From a virus (lineage: Duplodnaviria > Heunggongvirae > Uroviricota > Caudoviricetes): a DNA stretch of 64,000 bases. The notes under the pieces are model-generated. The model had not been told where the DNA came from. It did not search any database and saw only the letters and a list, made by a program, of their open reading frames with translations. The first letter of the stretch is position 1. Every line of letters begins with the position of its first letter. The position numbers and the translations under genes were made by a program. Below, one piece after another: positions 58,501 through 64,000 of the stretch. The DNA lies in the IMG/VR virus record IMGVR_UViG_2724678985_000012; one strand, written 5' to 3'.

Positions 58501-59341
58501 AAAAGCGAAAGGAATGGATCAGGCTCTTACTGAAAAGATATCCAGCTTAACCGGTAAATCTTTTGGATTTCAAAAAGCAAGCCAGGTAACTGATATAAGA
58601 GACGCTTTACAAAAAAGACCAAAAGCTGAACGCGATATGCCTTCAGTGGATCTTCTTTCCGGTGTTTCTTCGGCAAGTGAGAGTGAAAAAATCTCTGTAA
58701 ACTCAAGGGGGATTCCAGTTTATGACAATGGATACAAGGTAATTGATGGTGAAGATAAGGGGGTGCTTGGCTCTTTGTTTGACTCGTCATTAACAGGTCT
58801 GAAACGTATTAGCTCTGCTGTGTTACCTGCAATTGGCGATAACGTTTCACAACTTATTGGTGGGGTAGATGGCACAGGCATTGTTAATGATTTGGTTTAT
58901 CAGGCTACTGGGCAGAACTCAACAATTGCCAGGGCTATTAGCCCGCTTACCAAGAGCGCCGGTAGTTGGCTGAATAATGGTATTCAACAAACCGCAGATA
59001 GCATTAGAGGTATATCAAACGAAGCCAATAATGCCATATTTGGCTCTGCGTCAGCCGTGCAAGAACCTTTTCTTGCTATGCCACCACAGCTTCCTACTGT
59101 AACAGATCTCGCACGAAGCGGAATAAGACAACCATTAACTACTGACACTATAAATAACGATCCTGCTATGTTGAAGGCGCTGGATAACATCTGCTCTATC
59201 CTGAACGACCTTCTGAATGTGAACAAGAACAATACAAAAGGCGATCCGGATAAGGTTGTCAAAACATCGCAGCCGCAACCGCGACCACGTGCTAGCACAA
59301 CTATTAATGACCCGTCGCTGGATGCTCTGCTTGAGGATTAA
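55559..59341 (+). CDS. Large tail tape-measure / injection protein (P1 Sit-like)
   Basis: 1260 aa; low-complexity Ala/Lys/Ser-rich central region with Gly-rich segments; upstream of baseplate and fibre genes. Confidence 0.5.
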   Translation: MDISPLATLNNYRNGEHSICQKPWKKNTKLKLGNVDRAGKREVILKENKDRIAIIDAIQEASTNELKALAEVKDAILSGASTITQQDERQGRVSNRLSRRRKDYEQSTSDSVRDVQTNPYKKRLPAKKERAPINQTVDRSIVATNTPESVRSVQSRQTIRKSDGFIPVAANSAPLEPQSPQSLKGPLRDSNGRFVSQKSNEDVARKKELQNARKADAKLQAGFLRKLGSIMGVDGNQSSSEESLTNAAGVGAGGPLWMAARGMYDITKEITGKAESLKEWVEKGKKETSTSKAISPVITYPAAVNSQKSTSAKAFNNAVETKSAQAVEEQTKILQTNDNKIIDGLENVSDEIVKLRKSVSSGNKFGLSDLWKNRASRRNKINIGDRAGKNKRNKSKRKGRNLGKKALSVGEKVAAGSAAAGTGVGTAKAVKNKISKPKDVSTISDTSKGIAKETKNTAKAVKSAGVVAEDTTIKTGEAIAKKKTESVALKSAAKIGVKSAASTAARAVPIIGSLAMAGYDAIDGYTDTEAQKAAFGLSDDDAVSEQQKTAYATANVLDMGGLVSGATNLIGKGISALGFERAGEKLQNFDTGDIARGVNGAVDITKSVFGSLKDTFLSTDENTKQVKKAVEDGTKKTVDAIHSLGEQLQGGRDGEDGVGEHGYTSPAEFNAPASNTIAADLNIGGSNAKNRNYRNNNLGNLVFANQEGAALEAPNAKGEQRFARFNTPEEGIRALANQVSSYYNGTSAAAGYQKLQTVSSIISKWAPPKENNTNQYIDNVSKYLGVSPNEKIDVSNPEVMTQLVRAIATKEGGNPAVNNEFIKNALGAFNTNTGRWEGQFSDETLARINKIQKENGGQLIARDSQYSVGRKVKYANGKSPAQPVLNAVPTATQQPIEVAQHAQAVKKPQKTGNQSQPINPENVDVNTGSPSSLLERLIAINDSGVGNLFGGAATSLAGTSLGLIKDFASATSFGSISSLSEKAKGMDQALTEKISSLTGKSFGFQKASQVTDIRDALQKRPKAERDMPSVDLLSGVSSASESEKISVNSRGIPVYDNGYKVIDGEDKGVLGSLFDSSLTGLKRISSAVLPAIGDNVSQLIGGVDGTGIVNDLVYQATGQNSTIARAISPLTKSAGSWLNNGIQQTADSIRGISNEANNAIFGSASAVQEPFLAMPPQLPTVTDLARSGIRQPLTTDTINNDPAMLKALDNICSILNDLLNVNKNNTKGDPDKVVKTSQPQPRPRASTTINDPSLDALLED

Positions 59342-59346
59342 TACAG

Positions 59347-59721
59347 ATGCTTTATGAAATAGACGCAAGACTTCAAACGAATGAGAGCGGTGTCATTATT
59401 GCAGAAGGAAGTACCGCAGCATGGATGGCCCGACTTGACGAGTGGCTACGAACCCCTGAAGGGAGTGTTTATGGTTTACCCTCTTGGGGGAATCCAATGG
59501 AAGAATTTAAGCATGAACCATTCGGCTCTGAAACTTCGCACATAGTTGAAGTGGCTATTGAAGGGAGAATGATGAAAAAACTACGACAAGACTTGCCAGG
59601 TTTGGATGTGGAGGGGATTCGTTGCACATCAATTTCTGAAGATTCTTTATTAATTAGTTTTTATGCGAAAGGTGGGAGCATGGATATTGTTATGCAGAAA
59701 TCAAGTGGGGTGGGCGCGTGA
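59347..59721 (+). CDS. Small baseplate protein candidate
   Basis: 124 aa, coupled to downstream baseplate-like gene. Confidence 0.35.
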   Translation: MLYEIDARLQTNESGVIIAEGSTAAWMARLDEWLRTPEGSVYGLPSWGNPMEEFKHEPFGSETSHIVEVAIEGRMMKKLRQDLPGLDVEGIRCTSISEDSLLISFYAKGGSMDIVMQKSSGVGA

Positions 59722-61148
59722 CGATTACAGAATTACTGGACAAATTTAACGCTAAGTTAAATGAAAACACATGGTGGTCACGATTTGTAAATAGTCAGTT
59801 TGTGCAGATGCACGCTATATTCGGATCACAGCTTATTTATATTGCCCGTACATTTGCAAGCCGCGGCCTCACTGAGGGACTTATTTCAACGGCTACGCGC
59901 CGCTCAAGTATTTTAGCGGTTGCTGAAGACCGTAGTTACGTAGGGCGATTTGTTAGTGCTTCATACGGAACAACGTCTATAACTAATAAAACTGATCGGG
60001 ATATTACGTTACCAGCCGGGGCTGAATTGCTTGCCAATGACCAAACACCTTTGGCAATTATTAACAGTGTTGTAATTCCTGCTGGAGGAACTGTTTCTGG
60101 CGTAGAAACTAAACAGCATGAAGCTGTTAGCGTTACATTTGATATTGAGAAGGAAACTTTATTTCTGACATTGTTGCTTTCCAGAGAGTTAACAAAAGAA
60201 GTCTCCAGTCTGGATGTTTATGTTATTACAGATGGCGTAGAAGAAAAATGGACATATAACCCATTATTTAGAATGTCCAGAGACAAGAGTAAGCACTATT
60301 CATTGGCATATAAACCTACAGAACAACTTGGAGTCAAGTTTGGTGATGGTTCTATGGGTATGATGCCTCCAGCAGGCTGTCAGGTTCGAATCGATGTTAT
60401 GGCTAGCCTTGGCGACTATACTTTGGCTGAAGGACAAAAGTTAGAACCGGCTGGAAATATCGCTCAATATGTGGAGTCACTAGAGTTTAAAACTGATTCG
60501 ATCATTACCGGTGGTAGTGGTATGGAAACTACAGAAGAAACTCGAAATCGTGCTCAGTATTATGTTGCATACGATGAACAAGTGGTATGGGGCGGTGATT
60601 ATCGCCAATTCATTCAGAATGTTGTTCATGGAACTTCATGGTTGAACGTTTGGGGCGAAGCGTTACAAGAGAAAATAACTGGGTTTGACGTTCGAAACAT
60701 CAACAAGATTTTCTTTTGCGGACATAAGCCAGGTGTAAGCCAGGCTCAGCTAAAATCAGAAATACTGAAAGCTCTAGAGAATGTTCCAAATGAGTTGAAC
60801 AAGCGGTTTGAGTATGTAGATACAAATGAACAACCATTTACTATAAAATTTACAGGTATTGCACGTAAAAATGTTCTGATAGACGACGCTCAAAATGCTA
60901 TTAAAGCAGCGTTGGAAGATAATTTTGGTCGTGATTCGTCATCATTCAGTTTATTACTACAGAGTGATGATGATTCTCAGCAATGTTATGCACAGGTAAA
61001 AGTTAAAGATATTTGGCGAGTAATAGAGTCGCTGGATATGTTTCTCTCTTATGACATAACAATACAAAATATGAAAGATGCAGTTTACTTTAATGACTTC
61101 ATTTATCTTGACGTGAAATCTTCAACGTTCAGTATTTCTTACCCGTAA
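59718..61148 (+). CDS. Baseplate protein candidate (J-like)
   Basis: 476 aa between tape-measure and fibre genes. Confidence 0.4.
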   Translation: MTITELLDKFNAKLNENTWWSRFVNSQFVQMHAIFGSQLIYIARTFASRGLTEGLISTATRRSSILAVAEDRSYVGRFVSASYGTTSITNKTDRDITLPAGAELLANDQTPLAIINSVVIPAGGTVSGVETKQHEAVSVTFDIEKETLFLTLLLSRELTKEVSSLDVYVITDGVEEKWTYNPLFRMSRDKSKHYSLAYKPTEQLGVKFGDGSMGMMPPAGCQVRIDVMASLGDYTLAEGQKLEPAGNIAQYVESLEFKTDSIITGGSGMETTEETRNRAQYYVAYDEQVVWGGDYRQFIQNVVHGTSWLNVWGEALQEKITGFDVRNINKIFFCGHKPGVSQAQLKSEILKALENVPNELNKRFEYVDTNEQPFTIKFTGIARKNVLIDDAQNAIKAALEDNFGRDSSSFSLLLQSDDDSQQCYAQVKVKDIWRVIESLDMFLSYDITIQNMKDAVYFNDFIYLDVKSSTFSISYP

Positions 61149-61158
61149 TGAGGTTAGC

Positions 61159-62004
61159 ATGAAAGATAATTGGCTTAAGGAACGATTAACTAAAGTAAAA
61201 CAGGATTCACATCTCTGGAGTGCATTTATAGACGCTTTACAGGATGTCTGGAATGAGGCAGTAGAACCAATATTAACAAGAATAAGTAATAGAAAATCCT
61301 TCTTCACTATGGACAGTGAGGATATGGATGCCCGCATTGCTGAATACGGGCGTTTTTTCGTTATCACTGAAAAAGATAAGGCTCGTAGGCCAATGCTGCT
61401 GGCACAACGTTTAGATGAAGTGCACTTTAAAGGCACTATCTTGCCAATTGAGCAGACATTCTGGCGTGAATTCGGTTGTATTCCTGTTAGTTGGGAACCG
61501 CTGTATGCACCTGTAAATATAGAAAAACACCCCTATGGTTCATATTTTGCGACCGAAATAGAAATACCTACGGCACAGGCTCAATTCGGTGAGTTCTTCC
61601 TGACATCAAGGGGGCTGGTCGTTGTTGATCAGAACAAGCTATATCGCTCATATGGAGAGCAGGATAAAGAAGCCGCTGTACAGAAATTGTTATCTGACTT
61701 CGAAACAGTAATAGCCCCTTTATTGCCATTGCATATTGTTTTTGATGGCGTCTCGTTTCGGCTTAGTGCTGTATTCCCTGAAGTGGCAGAAATACTAAAT
61801 TGCTTGTCTACGGATGTTTCGGTAATTGAAGGTGTTTATGTTACTGAGAGTATGGCTGATATGCTATCCCGTAGTGATACCTCCTGCCAGGTAGACAATA
61901 TTTCTCTTAACGCCATACCGAACCGAACGGCAGAAAAGCAATTACATCTTGATGTAACCCCACTCGATGCGTGGCCTTTGGATTACCACCTTCAACCTGT
62001 TTAA
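61159..62004 (+). CDS. Tail/baseplate protein candidate
   Basis: 281-aa ORF. Confidence 0.4.
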   Translation: MKDNWLKERLTKVKQDSHLWSAFIDALQDVWNEAVEPILTRISNRKSFFTMDSEDMDARIAEYGRFFVITEKDKARRPMLLAQRLDEVHFKGTILPIEQTFWREFGCIPVSWEPLYAPVNIEKHPYGSYFATEIEIPTAQAQFGEFFLTSRGLVVVDQNKLYRSYGEQDKEAAVQKLLSDFETVIAPLLPLHIVFDGVSFRLSAVFPEVAEILNCLSTDVSVIEGVYVTESMADMLSRSDTSCQVDNISLNAIPNRTAEKQLHLDVTPLDAWPLDYHLQPV

Positions 62005-62098
62005 TAATTCTTCCCCCGCATTTGGGGGAAGAACAACGGAAATCACAAACTGAGCATACTCTCCTTTGGTTCATTGCTTATGAAGGAGCTATGTTCGT

Positions 62099-62545
62099 AT
62101 GGCTGAAAATTTAAAGGCAAGAGATGGTAACCGCCTGTATAAGGCGCAATTGCTTTCCTACTATTATTCACGCCGCGCAGAGTCGGCGATCGGCAAAGGT
62201 GCGCGTTTTGTTATCTCTAAGGCGTATTGGTGCAAATCTAGTCTGGTAACTGCTAATGGTGCAGGAGGCTGGAATATAGCGGACATTCCACTCGATTTTA
62301 AATTGAGTGACGCTCAACAGTTTGCCGTGTCCGATCTGATATTATCCAGCGTGGATGGGATTATCACTATCAATGCAGCCTTCCCTCAAGAAAGAATGCC
62401 GGATAACACGCCTTACGACTTTAACACGCTTGTGCTTGTTGATGCTGAGGAACAGGCTTTTGGTGTGCTTTGCACCCAGCAAGATACCCTCTATAAAGGT
62501 AAACGTTACAGTATTCTCATGACAATCGAGCAAGTTGAGGGTTGA
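62099..62545 (+). CDS. Tail protein candidate
   Basis: 148 aa; stop overlaps fibre start. Confidence 0.4.
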   Translation: MAENLKARDGNRLYKAQLLSYYYSRRAESAIGKGARFVISKAYWCKSSLVTANGAGGWNIADIPLDFKLSDAQQFAVSDLILSSVDGIITINAAFPQERMPDNTPYDFNTLVLVDAEEQAFGVLCTQQDTLYKGKRYSILMTIEQVEG

Positions 62546-62547
62546 TT

Positions 62548-64000
62548 ATGGGGGCTGATAAAACGAACAACATAATGACACTATCCTCTGGTGTCTCACA
62601 GCCTTTGCTTGCTGATGTTCAATATTTCGAACTCTATAGTAGTTCGGCTCTTAACAGAAAACTAAAAAATATTGTTTTGCCTGGCTTTTACTGTGGATTT
62701 GAACCAGTTCCCGGCACAGGGTTGAGCGTCCGTATAACTTCTGAAAATTCAGAAGGTAAAGGGGCTGCTTCAGTAGATGTAAATAATGTTCAGATATCCG
62801 TTCAGCAAATAGAAGATGTGACTGTCTCGGTAAAGGCAGGGGCTACCAACATTATTGTGCTGGAAGCCAATTTTGAACATGGTGTAAAAACGACACAGGT
62901 AGATAGCACATCTTCTGTCAGTGCTGCAAGAATTTACGCGCGTACGGACAATACTATTGGGCAGAATCAAATTGAATTATGTCGAGTTATCGTGCCTAGC
63001 GGCGCAACGGCTGTGACTAAAGAAATGATTGTGCTTAAATACCGGGTTAACCGTGCTGTTGGTGTCGAATTCTCTAATGAAATAAGCAGTACAGAAGAAA
63101 GAAAAGCGGCTACACCTCTGGCTGTCAAAACTCTCCATGATTTGGTTGATACAAAAGCTCCGCTCGATAGTCCGCATCTGTCAGGTACGCCGACTTCGCC
63201 AACACCTGAACCCGGTACAAAAAACACACAGATCGCAAATGCGGCCTTTGTCTATGCAGCTATAAATGCGCTTATCAATGGTGCTCCGGGAACGATGGAC
63301 ACGCTGAAAGAAATTGCAGCAGCCATCAATAACGACCCAAAATTCAGCGAAACTATCAATAACGCACTGGCTCTTAAAGCTCCTTTGGCAAGCCCTGTGT
63401 TCACAGGTACGCCGACAGCGCCTACGGCCTCACAAGGCACAAATAGCACGCAGATTGCAAATACAGCCTTTGTTAAGGAAGCCATAACGGCACTTATCAA
63501 CGGTGCACCTGGCACACTGGATACGCTTAAAGAAATAGCTGCTGCGATCAATAACGACCCGAATTTCAGCACAACTATCAATAATGCCCTGGCTCTCAAA
63601 GCGCCTTTGGCAAGCCCTGCATTAACGGGTGTCCCTACTGCGCCGACCGCCGCACAGGGCACAAATAATACGCAGATTGCTACGACCGCTTATGTAAGAG
63701 CTGCCATTTCCGCATTGGTTGGTTCATCACCAGAAGCTCTTGATACCCTGAATGAGCTTGCCGCAGCACTTGGCAATGACCCGAACTTTGCGACAACAAT
63801 GACAAATGCGCTGGCAGGCAAACAGCCTCTGGATGCAACTTTAACCGCGCTTGCTGCCCTTGCGACTGGTGCAAACAAACTGCCTTATTTCACCGGTAAG
63901 GATACGGTAGCGCAGACTGATTTAACGTCAGTCGGTCGCGATATTCTGGCTAAAACAAGCACACTGGCCGTTATCCAATACCTTGGTTTAAGAGAACTCG
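62548..64000 (+). CDS. Tail fibre protein (P1 S / Mu S-type), 5' partial; runs off window
   Basis: ATG at 62548, open to window end; contains repeated tail-fibre motif ..TQIANTAFV..AI.ALINGAPG.LDTLKEIAAAINNDP.F. Confidence 0.7.
   Translation, partial: MGADKTNNIMTLSSGVSQPLLADVQYFELYSSSALNRKLKNIVLPGFYCGFEPVPGTGLSVRITSENSEGKGAASVDVNNVQISVQQIEDVTVSVKAGATNIIVLEANFEHGVKTTQVDSTSSVSAARIYARTDNTIGQNQIELCRVIVPSGATAVTKEMIVLKYRVNRAVGVEFSNEISSTEERKAATPLAVKTLHDLVDTKAPLDSPHLSGTPTSPTPEPGTKNTQIANAAFVYAAINALINGAPGTMDTLKEIAAAINNDPKFSETINNALALKAPLASPVFTGTPTAPTASQGTNSTQIANTAFVKEAITALINGAPGTLDTLKEIAAAINNDPNFSTTINNALALKAPLASPALTGVPTAPTAAQGTNNTQIATTAYVRAAISALVGSSPEALDTLNELAAALGNDPNFATTMTNALAGKQPLDATLTALAALATGANKLPYFTGKDTVAQTDLTSVGRDILAKTSTLAVIQYLGLREL
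63238..63770 (+). repeat. Three tandem ~180-bp (about 59-aa) repeats within the tail-fibre gene
   Basis: Repeated block NAAFV..AI.ALINGAPGT.DTLKEIAAAINNDP.FS.TINNALALKAPLASP; third copy more divergent. Confidence 0.6.

Larger units (their letters stand above)
1..64000. mobile_element. Segment of a P1-like phage-plasmid (extrachromosomal prophage) genome
   Basis: Co-occurrence of Cre/lox-like site, PacA/PacB, Phd/Doc, Ref, HumD, Dam, RepA with iterons, partition genes and myovirus structural genes; no chromosomal flanks seen. Confidence 0.8.

Noticed and set aside
62967-63878. Several minus-strand ORFs (62967..63227, 63252..63662, 63680..63874, 63690..63878)
   Set aside because: All antisense to the repeat-rich tail-fibre gene; open frames are a by-product of the repeats.
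1-64000. Chromosomal locus with a tRNA-integrated prophage
   Set aside because: No integrase or direct-repeat attachment site next to the tRNA; instead Cre/lox-like, RepA with iterons and two partition loci indicate an extrachromosomal phage-plasmid. glnS is flanked by phage/plasmid genes, not chromosomal neighbours.

Overview
The window reads as one contiguous segment of a P1-like temperate phage-plasmid from an enterobacterial host, not a chromosomal locus. Recognisable backbone, all from reading the translations and DNA: Cre-like tyrosine recombinase beside a 34-bp lox-like site, PacA/PacB terminase with a GATC-hexamer pac-like cluster inside pacA, Phd/Doc addiction module, a frameshifted HumD behind a LexA box, Ref HNH endonuclease, an Icd-like/Rha region, RdgC, a Dam methyltransferase next to a short C5-MTase-like gene, a RepA replicon flanked by iteron arrays, two adjacent partition systems (ParM/ParR and ParA/ParG), an Rz/Rz1 spanin pair, head/sheath/tape-measure/baseplate genes, and a tail-fibre gene running off the 3' end. 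Embedded cargo: a tRNA with CAU anticodon, a near-host-identical glnS, an ~11 kb minus-strand block of lambdoid-type accessory genes, and an AT-rich accessory island (26.6-32.7 kb) carrying HigB/HigA plus uncharacterised membrane and secreted proteins. The best candidates for an undescribed system are in that island: an orphan HigA-like HTH gene paired with a very AT-rich membrane coiled-coil gene, and the neighbouring unknown genes. A dispersed asymmetric operator-like motif (TTAGTTTTCTAACA) recurs in intergenic regions and suggests a C1-type repressor regulon. No CRISPR array, IS element or integrase-type attachment site was seen. All homology statements are from memory of protein families; nothing was searched or computed beyond hand inspection, and many start codons are uncertain.
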